Of a DNA stretch of 64,000 nucleotides, positions 1 through 13,624 are shown one piece after another. The stretch covers positions 310,001-374,000 of the forward strand of contig CATNEN010000035.1 in NCBI GenBank assembly GCA_950097015.1, read 5' to 3'. How positions within the stretch are numbered: position 1 is the first letter of the stretch; each line of letters starts with the position of its first letter. The translations under genes were made by a program, and so were the position numbers. The notes beneath the pieces are model-generated. The model was not told the DNA's origin, made no database searches, and saw nothing but the letters and a program-made list of their open reading frames with translations. The stretch comes from Macrostomum hystrix. Its lineage: Eukaryota > Animalia > Platyhelminthes.

Positions 1-3000
1 TGCAACCTACGCCGGCCTGAAGGACTGGCTGGCGTCTACCGAAAAGCGACTGCAGCCAGAGCAGCTCGGATCCAGCCTAGATGAGAAGCAGAAACTGGCT
101 GAAGAGCAGGACCAACTTTCCGAGGAGGTGGCCGCCAAGCTGAATGACTTCCGCGGCTTAGCCCAACAATCGACTCGGCTGCTAGGCGATGGCGGCGCCG
201 ATCTGAAAGTCAGCACCCAGCTGGCCAAGCTGCTTGCTCGCTACCACGGGCTGGCCGCCTTGGCTCGAGACCACGCTCAAAAGCTGCGCTGTCACGCCGA
301 CGATCACGCCGAGTTCGACCGAAATGCTGCCGAGGCCGAGCGTTGGATTGCCGAGGCGCGCGAAAGATTGGCTTTGGCTCGACGCGAGCCCGACGACCGA
401 TACGGACTGCAGCGCCAGCGTGAGCGCTTGGCCGAGCTGGCCATGAAGCGCGAGGAAGGCCAGGTTTTGGCCGAGGCAGCAGCGCACTGGGCGGACAAGG
501 CGGAGCGCAACACAGCGCCGGCTGGTCGCGACGCGTTGCGCGCTCAGGCTCAGCGAGTCCAGACTGCCTGGGACTGCCTGGTGCGCGAGCTGCTGGAGAC
601 GAGGGCCACCTCTGAACAGAGGCTGCAGAAGTGGACGGAGCTAGACGACTCAGTTGAAAAAGTGGCTCGCTGGATCAAGGAGCGGGAAGAGCGACTGTTG
701 ACTTTGAATGAGGCTAAACAGCAGCAGCAGCAGGACTCTGCGATTGCAGTTCTGCAGCGACTTCGCGAACTGCAACAGGAGGTTGCGGCTTATGAGCCTG
801 TTGCGCTGGCGGCTTCGGAGCGGTGCCGCGCAATGGGCCGTCAGGAGGCGGCGGAGCAACTGCCGGCCAGCCACGCCCAGCTGCGACGCGATGTCGAGAC
901 TCGTCTGGCCGACGCGGAGGCAACGGCAGAGCGGCGACGCGAGTTTCAACAGGCCCTGCAGGAGCAGCGAGCCTGGCTGCAGCGAAGTCGGACAACTCTT
1001 GGCGCCCTTCAGCAAGAGGCCAAGGCGGCAGGCGATCTGGTCGCGGTGCGACGCAACCTGGCGCAGGCCTCGACGCTGCTGGCCGACGTGCAGGGCGAAG
1101 CCGCAGAGGCGCGAATGACGCGACTGCATCAGCTGGCAGCGGCGGCTGACGCAATGCCGGAGGCGCTCGAGTGCCAGGAAAAAGCCGCGGGCCTGCGCGC
1201 TCAGGTAGCCGAGATCTGCGGCTCATTAGAGCGACTCACGGAGCTTTGGGAGGCCTTCCAATCGGCGCAAGACACACTGGAGGCCTCTCTGAAGGACCAG
1301 CTGTTGCCAACTTCGGCCAGTCAGCAGCAGTCGCAGGCACTCGGTGACTCGGCCGAGGAGAAGCGCCGCCTGGCTGATCAAATGCAGCAGAGGGAGCAGA
1401 TGCTGCGCGAGCGACAATCGGAGGCGGAGGCGCTGGCTGAGCAGGCGCGCGCCCTTGTTGAACTCGGCGCTGATCAACGCGCCACCACCGGCGCGGCCTC
1501 TCAGCTGGCTGGGCGGGTGCGCGCGACCCTAGACAAATCGGCTGAGCAGGGCAGAGCCGCTCTGGTGGCGGCCAAGCAGCACGGTGAGCTCGATTTGGCA
1601 CTTGGCGAGCTCGACCAATGGCTTTCTGGGTGCCGTGAGCGGCTGGCCTCAGTCACTGCCAGCGAGTCTCCAGAGCAGACTGAGCGGCAGCTGGCGGAGC
1701 TGCAGACGGAGCTGGAGTCAGGCAGGTCGCGCCTACGCGCCGCCTCGGAGCTGGCCGACCGGGTCCTGCCGGCCACCGGAGCACAGGGCGTGGAGCGCCT
1801 TCGAGCTGCCCTGCAGAAAGCCCGACGGGAGCACGAATCGGCGCAGATGGCCGTCGGGGAGGCACGCACCAACGCCGACATGTTGTTGTCGGCCAGGCGC
1901 GACTTTCAACGGCAGGCGGACCAGCTTGCCGGCTGGCTGTCTGACGCCGAGGCCAAACTGTCGACGTCCACGGAGTCTGCAGCTTCTGGTCCGGCGCAGC
2001 AGGGCTTGACTGAACGGCGGGCTGCGCTGGAGAGGGCCCGAGTTCTTCAACGCGAGGCGGCCAGCCAGGAGGCAGCGCTGCGCCGTATTCAGGAGCGTGC
2101 TGGAGCTGCCGGCGGCGACAGCAGGTGAAATTAGATTTACAATCATGAATGCCTTTGTGCATCATAAATGGGGCACACAACATTTTTTTTCATCCTGTTG
2201 TTTCTTAGGTACATAAGCATATTTGCACAGTTAAGAAATTCTGAAAACCTTTCGTGGAAAACTATCCTCTTCAGTTGACAAATTATAACTAGGTTGGCAA
2301 ATCATCTCCTCTATTGATTATTACCATTTTTACCTAGTGCTCAATTCATTATCCGTCGCACAGAGAGCGAGCCAATGGCATTGCTCGGCGACACGAAGAG
2401 CTGACCGCTGGACTGGCCCAGCTTGTTGAACGCCTGGCCAGCAGCGTCACCGGTCAGCAGGAGTTCCAGGAGTCCGCTGAGCGAGCCGCCGCCTGGCTGA
2501 CTCAGGCGCGTGCCCGCCTCACTCAGGCAGCGGGCGGCTCGCCAGATCAGCTGCCGACACCTTCGGGTACGTCGGCGACGGCTTCCAGCCGCGGCGATTT
2601 GGATGCCCGGGCGGAACAGTTGGCCAACTTGCGCTCGGACGCTGGCCGCACCGGCCAGCCGCTGATGGACCGGCTGGCTGCGACAGCGGCCGCTCTGTCG
2701 AAGGCGCGCGCGCCTAACGCTGCCGAGGCTGCCAACGAAGCCGACCGTCTGACCGACGACTTCCGATCTCTCCTGTCCGAGGCGGAAGCAGCCGAGGCTC
2801 GACTGATGGAAGCATCCCGACTGTGGCGCGGCTTCCAGGATTGCTGGCAGCGGCTGGCCGACTGGGTGAAGGACGCGGAACAGAGGCTACGTCGGGGCAA
2901 TGAGCCGGCGGCGAACTTGGACGCCAAGCGGCGTCAGGCGAGGGAATTTCAGGTAGGAGAATCGAACTTAGCGGCCCAGTGGCTGAACAATGGAATTAGT

Positions 3001-6000
3001 CTATTTGAATTTAATACTAACCATAGTCTATTTTGGCTTAACCTGGAACGATACTCTGCTTAACACCCTAGCGGTTTTGTTCTATTTCAGCTCGCTGAGA
3101 TTGGCCTTTAAGTAGCATTTAAATGTTCGTAAACCTTATCATTTTCTTAGTTTCTGCTACTTTCAATTGGCACTACTTAGTGGCGGGCGTGAAATCAGTA
3201 GCATCTGGAGTCTTTTTTATTACCTGCAAATGATGTTGGTGACTGTTTCTAATTATTCTGTGGCAATTATTCTCATTTAAATGCGCATGTTAGCAAATAC
3301 TGGATTAAATAATTTACCGACGACCTTGTGCGAAACTTCTGAGTTTATCGATCAAGCTCAAATGCTGGTGGTAGAGTTCTTAGCGACAGAAGTCTGCAAA
3401 ACTTGGTTGCTAAAAAACAGAACACTATTTTTAGATCGATGTTATTTTTATTTAGCTTTTTAATTTGTTCCTCGTCAGCAAATAATTAAACAGACCATCT
3501 AAATAGTTTTTTATTGCTAAAACTGGACACGGTGGCTCTGCGTGTGCTGACGTCACAGCACTGCGATTTCTCTGTCTCTCTCTCTGTATTCCGCTATCTT
3601 CACTTCGTCTTAAAAAAGTAGATGACTGAATGCACTTGTGTGTGTGTTCCATAGTAACATGCATTCGGTGTGAGCACACAACTGGCAATGCCGCTACACC
3701 GCCTGTGCCTCAGAACCGGTTGCTGATATTTTGGGTGAACGTCAGGGTAAGACCAAGTCCAAGCGGACTTGCCTGCTGAATTTTGCATCAGCCTGTCTAT
3801 CTCCTTGTGTGCCATGCTCCTATTGTTTTCCTAGACCTGATCCATTCTATGTCTTTCTATATCAGGACATAACCTCTGATTGGTTCTTTATTCAGTATAT
3901 TATCAGTACTTGAAGGGTACTTTGCGCAAAATCTAAATACTACAGCCTTTACATCAGCTTAAAAACTATCAGATTACTGTTCCAAATACTTCCTAAGCTT
4001 TTTATTTCACTATTCCTCTTTAGAAAGAAAAGCCCGATTTAATTTGCAGAGTTCTGCATTTACTATTGATTGCTTTGATTTTGATTTATTTGCAGTGCTT
4101 GACGACTGTCAAAGTTTTGCTTCAATCGCTCGCTCGCTCAGTCAGTCAGTTTTGCTGTGACAATGCAGTCTCAGAGCAGGGCAGAGCAGAGTGATTGACA
4201 GGCAAAGAGCCGGATGAAAAACTGTACTTGAGGATAACCAAGCAGTAGTAGAGATTCTATTGAGAGTTGCAGACATGCGATCGCAGCAGCAGCAGCAGCA
4301 GCATCAGAGAAAATCCGTCCGATTCCAGGTGATGAGCGATGAGATTCACGCCAAGAGACCCGAGCTGGACAAGCTGCAGTCGCTTGGAGACTCGCTGGAG
4401 CAGCTGACCGGACATGCCCAGGCCGCTGCTAGAGTTGCTCAGCTGGCCTTGAAATATCAATCTCTGATGACTCAGTGCTCAGTGAGTGTCCGCAATCTCC
4501 TGTTCTAGCTTATTGTTTTACTAACAATGTCTGTGCACCATTTTTGCTGCTGTTCTGTTTTTTTGACTGGTTTACTTGCACACTCATACCTAAGTTGCAC
4601 AGAGGGACTTCTACACCTTTAGATCCCTTTAGAACCCTTGAGAAATCCTTTGGAATTATCTAGAATCATTTATAAATCCTTTAGAATCCTTTAGAAATCA
4701 ATTAGAATCCTTTAGAAATCCATTAGAATCCTTTAGAAATCCATTAGAATCCTTTAGAAATCCATTAGAATCCTTTAGAAATCCATTAGAATCCTTTAGA
4801 AATCCATTAGAATCATTTAGAAATCCATTAGAATCCTTTAGAAATCCTTTAAAATCCATTAGAAATCCATTAGAATCCATTAGAAATCCATTAGAATCAT
4901 TTAGAAATCCATTAGAATCCTTTAGAAATCCATTAGAATCCTTTAGAAATCCATTAGAATCCTTTAGAAATCCATTAGAATCCTTTAGAAATCCATTAGA
5001 ATCATTTAGAAATCCATTAGAATCCTTTAGAAATCCTTTAAAATCCATTAGAAATCCATTAGCATCCATTAGAAATCCATTAGAATCCTTTAGAAATCCA
5101 TTAGAATCCTTTAGAAATCCATTAGAATCCTTTAGAAATCCATTAGAATCATTTAGAAATCCATTAGAATCCTTTAGAAATCCATTAGAATCATTTAGAA
5201 ATAAATTAGAATCATTTAGAAATCCATTAGAATCATTTAGAAATCCATAATAATCCTTTAGAAATCCATTAAAATCCTTTAGAAATCCATTAGAATCATT
5301 TATAAATCCTTTAGAATGCTTTAGAAATCCTTTAGAATCCATTAGAAATCCTTTGGAATTATCTAGAATCATTTATAAATCCTTTCGAATCCTTTAGAAA
5401 TCCATTAGAATCCTGGAATTGCTGGAACAGTAAGCTAGACCCTTTGCTGTATTCGTAGCCAGTGCTTCCTATAGCCTGCACTTTTAGTTTTAAATAGGCT
5501 AACCCGCAAACGCGCTCATTGCATCAATGATGATAGATCACACGAGCTTAGAAATCGCGTTTAATAAATTGTAGCCAAGTGCATTGCACTGACTAACAGT
5601 TTTGTATTTTTTCATTTCTAATCGAATGAACACAATGGCAATCGTACACTACATTACAGGAGGCCTTGGTGGTAAGTAGAATTTTTGTCAGCTGATTTCA
5701 GAACGATTCTGCATGTTGTGAATCTTTTTTGCTAGCATTTTCTCTCTGTTCACCTTTAACTAGTGTCTTTGAACAGTTTTGTGTGCAGCTCACAATCGAA
5801 CCATTAATAATCATGTGGACACAGGTGTCAACTATGCGACTTTATCACTTAAATACTCAATCTAGTTACTGATCTTCATCACTTTTTTAATAATATCTTT
5901 GAAATTTCAATGTTTATTAACTTACTCTGTTATGTTTTGATTCTTTAAAGTTCTTCTCGTCGTGACTGGCTTTGAAATTGGACTTATTAAGTCTCAATTT

Positions 6001-9000
6001 ATATGAATTACAAAATTTCTAACTGCCTATCCTTGATTCTTGTTTATTCAAAAGGCTGTTATTAAAATGTGTTCGTTTTCAAACGAGAACAGTATCATGA
6101 AGCTTTCTAAGCCCTACTAAAATAATTTGAAATTCAATATTCCTACGTGGCTAAAACTTTTGCCAATAATTCTATGTAACTCAATAATCTTAACTTTATT
6201 CTTGAGACAAAATAATATGCTACTTTAAAAAATGTGTCCACTCTACTGTGAGTAGGAGAGTAAGCACACCAACATCTTAATCTGTGCACCCCTTAAAATT
6301 TGCCAGGAGGCCAATCAGCGCCTGCACCAGATCTCCAGTGACATCAAGGCCTACGAGGAGGCCCATGACAGTGCCAAGCAGTGGATTGATCAGGCCACTC
6401 AGCGGCTGCTCAACTCCAGCGGTTGCCATGGCGACGCTGGCAAACTGGCCGAGAAACGCCGGGCTGTTCGGGTGAGTAGTTTCTACTCCAACCCCTGCTG
6501 CTGAAACTTTTTCTGTATCAAGGTTGATCAAAGTTAAAATCCGATCGTGACGATTCTCCGCCTGCCAGGAGATCTCCGACGGCATGTACGAAGGCGAGAG
6601 TCGCCTGTCCAACGTCATGGAGGCCGGCGATCGCGTTCTACGCACCTGCGACAATCCGGACGCTGTCAGACGTCAGATGGACGAGATGCGCGCCGACTGG
6701 TCGCAGCTGAGCAAACAGGTGCAACAGGTACTGACCGGCCTGGACAAGGCCGCAGCCAAGCTCGGCGAATTCGGCGATCTGGTCGGCCGACTCTCGGGAT
6801 GGCTGGGCGACAGTGAGAGGACCTTGGCTCAGCTCACTGGTGGTGCTGGTCAGCGGTTCGGAGAGACTCCGGAGAAGAAGGAACAGTACGACCGTTTCAA
6901 GGTGAGACGTCCGTTGCCACTTCAAACCCTATCGAATTTTTAAGAGGAATCGTAGCAGGTATCGCAACTAGAATCGTAGCAGGAGTCCAAACTAGAACGC
7001 ATATGGAATGGTAGATAGAATTTTAAGTAGCAATCTATGCAGAAAGCAGAACCACTCATTAAAAGATCACATATTTTATTTCTTAACATCAGTAGCAAAA
7101 CGTTTTAGAGATTTTTTTCTGGTCGATTTTGCCACCGAGCACGAATTTGGGCGTGCTCGTTTTGAATAAACTTTAACCTTCATTATTCGTTTCATGTGTA
7201 ATTATTAACAAGCTACAGACTTGCATGCTATGATAAATTGACAGTATTCAAGCTTAACTTGCACTTTTAAAGTTCAGCATTTTAGGTTTCGATCTCGACT
7301 AACTTGTCTTTAGCTATTTAAACACTTCGTTGAGATATAACAAGTTATAACAAGCCAGCTTTTATATTCCAAAAACTAACACAAGTAAAATATCAAAATC
7401 TTCCTTGGGTTATTGAGTTACCTTGCCGACCCCATTGATACCTCCGCCATTTTTCAGCTTCCAGCGAGTGTTCGCATGTTCTCTAACAAGTTCAAATTGA
7501 AGGTGCGTCTGGAAAAAAGAAGTCTTCACGACAGAAGTGTCCTTCCCTAATCACTTAACATTTATTTGAACTTTATATATTATTCTTTAGTAATTATCGT
7601 TCTACGCTAATATACGTTTCTACAAGCGTTAAAAACTTTTTTCCAACGAAAGTTTCGTTCCTACCTCTAGTGTAGTTGTTGCGATTATTTCTTAGCTGCA
7701 AGCGTATTTTAGCTCTAGATTATTTAAAAATGGTGCTCTCATATGCAAGATTCAGTAGATAAAATGTTGTGATGTGGTCCAGTTTAACTGAACACAATGA
7801 TGCGGTCCAGTTTAACTGAACACAATGATGCGGTCCAGTTTAACTGAACACAATGATGCGGTCCAGTTTAACTGAACACAATGATGCGGTCCAGTTTACA
7901 CTGAACACAATGATGCGGTCCAGTTTAACTGAACACAATGATGCGGTCCAGTTTAACTGAACACAATGATGCGGTCCAGTTTAACTGAACACAATGATGT
8001 GGTCCAATTTAACTGAATACTAGTTTTCGGCTTTGTTAAGCTGGCGTACTGGATGAAGCATGGAATTGTTTGGCTTATATCAATGCTCACTTCCCAACCA
8101 ATCGAGTGTAAATTACGCATTAAAATCCGTAGATTTATGCACTACTCAAACTAAATGTATATTTCTTTCATTTGTACAGCGAATGTGTTTATCACGTGTA
8201 AAAAGTTTATAGCAAAGCACTAGTCAATTTTAGCTAAGTCTCATATCTAATAAAAACGGTCGTATTTTAAGTTGCTATCAAATTCCTATTTTTAGTCGCT
8301 GAAGAGTGAAGTCGATCGCACGGAGGGCGATTTCGACGAGCTGCAGCAGCTGTGCGACGAACTGCAGGCGATCGGCAAGCAGCCAGATTTGGATCGGCAG
8401 TGCAAGGACCTGCGGTATCGCTATAACCAGCTCAAGCGAGCTGTTGGTGTGAGTTTCTAGCCGATTTGTTTGTTAATTCATTCGAAGGAACTCCTGAGGA
8501 TAGGCCCTGAAGTTTGCGTCCTATTGAGGTGTCTCAAATTATACTTAGATAAGGCCGGGCCCATACCTTTTTGTTTCAGTTGAAAGTGGACGAGCTGGCT
8601 CGATCGCAGCAGGAGCAGCAGGCCTACCAAGACGGTCTGCAGGAGTGCGAGAAGTGGATCCTGCAGGCCAGCTTCCGCCTCATGGAGCAGTCAACTGGAC
8701 AGGCTCCAAGCCTTGATGACGCTCAGCGAGCTGCCGACGCTCACGCTATCGTGTGCAAAGAGATCGAGGAGCAACGCAAGGCGCTCGACTCGGTGGTCCG
8801 GATAGGCAGGAAGCTGGCCGAAGATAACAGTGGCAACGCCGACCTGCGACAGGAGATCGACGGACAATTGAAGACACTGGAGGATAATTATACCAACTTG
8901 AAGGAGACAGCCGAGAACGCAAAGGTTAGTAACTGCGATTTTTTCTAGAAATAAATTTACTAAAATAAACAACAATTAATCAGTTAGCAACCATTGAAAA

Positions 9001-12000
9001 CCACATCACAGAGCAACCTGAAGGAAAACCTACAGAAGTGGAAGACCTACAGAGACTTGCTGCAGGCCACAGACCGTTGGCTGCACTCGGATCTGGCGGC
9101 CTGGTGGGCCGGTCGCGACCCAGCCGTGACAAAGAGCGCCGAGGACGCTGAGCGTCAAACCCAGGAGACACGCGGAATGCAGAGCCGGCTCAGCCAGGCC
9201 CGCGCCGAGGTCACCGCCGCCGGCTTCAAATGCGAGCCACGTGGCTGCGTTGGTGTCAGCGCCGGACTTGGCATCGCTGACAGTAACGGCGACGCTCCAT
9301 TTGCTGCGATTCGTGGACCTACAATATCCTCGCCTGGAGTGCCGTCAGCAGCGGCTACAGCCGCGGCTCTGTCGCTGGCCCGCCTAGCAGAAAAAGTGTC
9401 GCGCGATCTCGATGCTAACCTGGACCGCGTCGAACGACGTCTATCCCAGTTGGAGACCCAACGCGACGCCTGGGAGCGAGTGTCCGCCGAGGCAGACGAT
9501 CTTAGTGATTGGCTGCGAGATCGCGAAGCCGAAGCCGGAGCACTCGTTGACGTCTTTGCGATTGAGCGGCTGCGCGACGAGGTGGCCGCGAAGTCGATCT
9601 CGCACGAGCTCGCCGAGGCGAAGCCACAGCTAAAAGCGGCCAGGGACTCTCTGCTGCGTCGCTTGGACGGCATGGCAGCGCAGAAACGTCAGGCGGAGGC
9701 CCTGGAGGAGGAGCGCAAGCAGCGCCAAATGGCTAAGGAGCTAGAGATGGAAGAGCTCCGTCTGCGAGTCAGCCGTGCTCGACTAGCAGCTGCGGCGCCA
9801 TCGGGCGACGGTGCGGACGTCGGCTCACCGGTGAGTTAGACTATTGGTGGACTCTAGCGAGCTTCGAATGCTTAAGCTATGTTTTAAGAGCTCCTTCGCT
9901 CATCCATGTTGAATAAAATTTTCCCCAATGACTAAAGTGATCATCAGTAGATTTTGCAATAATTAACTTTATAACATTTTTAAACGTCAATATTTGAGTA
10001 CTTTTTAAGTACTTTGAAGTGATGGCAATATTTCATCAGTGAGCTATGTGCGATATCACTGTGCCTTGGGTGTTGGCCCTTATGAAGGGGGGGGGTAAAT
10101 TGCAGGGCAAGCCCGCAAGCATTCTCTTCATGGCTGCGCCAAAACGTATGACCTCATCGCGGATTCGAGCTCAGGAACCTTAGAGAGTCAGACGCGTTGC
10201 GGCACTGTCTGAAGTGACAAACTTTTATATTATTGATTTTGTGTGAAAAAAGTTATAATTGAACTTAATGCCTTAGTTTGGAGTTTAAAAATCCTAATCC
10301 TAATCGTACAAATCATATTTTCTGTCTGGTCTTATTGATTGTTGCGTATTTCAATAGTTTTCAGTGCTACAAAAAATCTCAAACACTCATAAATCTCTTT
10401 GAATCGTGATCTTCCGAAGCAACGCCGCCAAAGAATCAGCTGCTCATGCAGACAGCGCAGCTCGTTCGTGGCCTTCTACACGCCGGTGTTCTCCGTGCAA
10501 GCCTACTGGTACGGACGGTGCGGCGTCCAGCAGGTATACCAGCTGCTCAGCAAGCTGCTGGCTTGCTCAATGGCAACATCATTATCGATTAGCCTAGTTA
10601 TTGATTCCTGAGTGGTTGAGAGCAACCAGTTGTTGGACAGACTAAGAAAAAGCGCACCACCCTTTGATTTACTTGATTCTCGGCGAGCAGAAGGAAATTA
10701 ATTTCATCCTGCACTTTCGATTCCTTGCTCGGTGTTTGTTGAGCAGGAAAAATCAATAGCAAATATCTAACTATATCAATCCGCCTTTCTAGGCGTCAAT
10801 TTAAAAGTATTGCACGACTGAATCTGCCAGCACGTTTGATAAGCTTCTACGATGAAATCTTTCCATTGTTAGCCAAGAACAAATGTTCCTGATTTGCATT
10901 CTGTGATTCGCGATGATGTTACGAAGTAATATGTTGCCTTGGTATTGCTGGTACCTAGAGATACGAGTATTTGACACTTCAGACATGCCTATTTTGTCTA
11001 TTTGCGAATTTACTTTCATTCTGAGGTTTGAGCACGAAATGTTGCGTGACTGCTCAGATTTTAACCAGATTGATTACAGGTATCGTTGGGCGAGCACCGA
11101 CCTCACCCCGAAGGCAGAGCTTTGAAGTTTGAGATAGGGCGAATAAAAAATGAAACAGAATCGATCAATAGAACTCATGATGCACTTACGAATTACTAAC
11201 ATTTCATATACAGAACTGTGCGCTTTGTTTACTTACTTTTTTTATTAAAAAAACGTAGTGTGATAATTTAACTATACCAATCATCTTGAACTACCTTACC
11301 CTACGCTTGTGGGTGACTGACCACACGCATTTCCTCCGAAACCTTCAGCACTGGGACCGTCAGACCCAGACGCCGTGCCACACTGCCACGCAGACGAACA
11401 AGAAGCAGCAGGCGGCAAGCGCAATGGACCTGACCGATTCGTCACTGTTCGACCGGCCTGTGCGCGACATTCAGTTGCGCAACTCCGGTGGCGGCAGCGG
11501 CATCTCCCGACGTCTCTGGCCCTACCACTCCACCTGGGACACCAGCTACAAGGAGGACCCCATCGAAAGCCTGCGACGCACTCTAGCCGACATGGAGGCC
11601 CACGGCATCAGTTCAGCGCAGCAAGTGCGCCAGCAGCCGGTACGACCCATGTCGGCGGCGTCGCCGCATCCTCCAACGTCGTCCCAATCTCTGCAGCACC
11701 CGGTTTCCGCTCGCGCCTCAACACCAGTCGTCGGCCTAACGCGTACCGACGCTTTCAACGACGTGCTGGCGTCAGCACGCGGTGAGTCGGTTCGACGTTC
11801 AGCGCCATCGACGGCGTCTCTCTCCGCTTCCGCTACTGGCAAGCGAGCCGCTAGCGCGCCACGGCGAAACTACGGCAGCGGCTCCAGTAGGCGCGATCGC
11901 TCAGTCAGTCCGGCCGTTGGCGTTGCCACTGGTGGTGGCAGTGGTTACATCATCAATGGCGACAACGACTACGACGAGACTGGTGCTTCGGATGCGAACC

Positions 12001-12176
12001 GACGCTTGCCGCAGCCATCGACCAAGCAGCTTACCAAGCAGTTCGTGCGCGACTATGAGCAACTGCTGGTGGAGCCGGGCAATCACAAGCAGCCGTCGCC
12101 GAGGTCGAGTCTGGACCGCGCTGAGCGAGCCTCGCACAGTATGCGCGATGTGGCCACCAAGCTTAGGAAGTCGTGA
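1..12176 (+). CDS. Giant spectrin-repeat cytolinker (nesprin-1/MSP-300/dystonin-like), 3' part. Exons: <1-2124, 2364-2952, 4329-4481, 6307-6471, 6569-6901, 8296-8448, 8580-8924, 9012-9830, terminal 11349-12176
   Basis: Frame is open from position 2. Repeated spectrin-repeat helices carry the typical Trp/Leu pattern (e.g. FDRNAAEAERWIAEARERL, LDQWLSGCRERL, YQDGLQECEKWILQA). All listed introns are GT..AG and phase-compatible. No KASH PPPX terminus or GAR domain is seen, so the exact family is unresolved. Confidence 0.85.
4625..5415. repeat. Intronic minisatellite, 21-bp unit TAGAATCCTTTAGAAATCCAT
   Basis: Direct tandem copies; the source of the spurious KDSNGFL ORF on the - strand. Confidence 0.95.
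7770..8017. repeat. Intronic minisatellite, 28-bp unit ATGATGCGGTCCAGTTTAACTGAACACA (~8-9 copies)
   Basis: Direct tandem copies; shares its core with the array at 60405-61105. Confidence 0.95.
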
Positions 12177-13624
12177 ATGTTTTAATCCACTGCGATTCTC
12201 CAAACTTATGCATGTTTAGCCTTGAAAAGTACAAGGCAGTTGGACCACTTGCCTGTTACTGCTGTTGGCACCTAAATTTGTATTTTTCAATTGCTGTTGT
12301 CTGCTGACTGATTGAATAGCTAATGCCTGGGTTGGCTAGATTGTACTTTTAACGCATCTGGAAGTTAGAATTTATTTTTTTCTAAAGCTCTCACAGATTG
12401 ATCTGTGCCGTCTAATAAATTACTGTCAGCGTCTCATAATAACCTAGCCCTCCTTCTTTAGACATTATACATGTTTGCCACTTTCATCATTTTTAAATTC
12501 CATTTCTTCATCTTAGAAGTTCGTAGCTTTTTTCATACATTTATAAACTAGAATTGTTAGTCTAGATGAATGTAATAAAAAAAACAAAATTAAGAATAGT
12601 TTTCATGAAAAAAGTTTTTGTGATCAGACATCACCATAAATATATATATTATATTGAATATAAATAAAGCTGACAAAAAACAATATACAGAAATGTAAAA
12701 AATAAACTGGCTTTCTAGCTAGAAATAAAGGAAGTAATTTTCAAGTTATTCAAAATATAATTACGAGTATGAATAAACACAAAGTTTATATCGTGCATAT
12801 TTATATGTTTTATAGTGAAAATCTATATGTAAATTATATAACTTTTATACCATCATTTAGCTGCTTAAATTAGGGTCACATTTAAATTTTGCCATTCTTA
12901 GTCATGTTTTTTATTTAGTACTCCCTGACACATTTTTTTAAGTTCAGAAAACTTATTTCGCATTCGTTAGCATTCTTTTACCGGGTTTTTTAGTTAATTT
13001 CACTTCACATAATGTTATAGTGTGCCGGTCACTCTATATATGCACTAAACGAAGTTTTCATAATTCGTGAGTGTTACCTTTTGGTCTTGTTTAAAGGACA
13101 AAAAATCCTTTCGCTTTTCTTCCTCGGAACTTTATCCTTGATCATAGATGATTTTTATAATTGCTTTTTTAATTCTTTATCAAACTATCTCATATTCCTG
13201 ATACTATAATCCGTCCTTATTATACAATGTATTTTTCGTAGCATGCTATAAAATCACCAACCACGAAAGGTTTTGTAATCAGTATAAATTGTTTTTCTAT
13301 TTTAATAGTTTTTTATAGCAGTAAAAATATTTCGCTTCCGTAAATTAAGTAGAACAACGTACAGGAAATATATATGAAAGCTGGAAGGCAGAGCCAGTCA
13401 GAAACCAGGTGGTTCCTTGGTCAGGTTTCTCGATATTTTTTGAGCAACTCAAATTCCGGAATTGTGCACTTTTATTCGAGCGCATAAACTCGAAGCAATG
13501 CCTGCTACGAATGAATTTTTAGGTTGTTAGGTCTATAAATTCTGTTGCACAAAATACAGTTATACCCCGGTGTAAATTGCTCTCCTGGACATGCAGATTA
13601 TGTGTCATTGCGTCTAAACAAATA

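Noticed and set aside
182-2927. Antisense and alternative-frame ORFs over the spectrin exons, and over the IRS and pol regions
   Set aside because: These are shadow ORFs of GC-rich coding sequence.
10150-10210. Degenerate tRNA-like B box on the - strand (GCGTCTGACT..AAGGTTCCTGAGCTCGAATCC)
   Set aside because: Too short and decayed to call; possibly an old SINE head.
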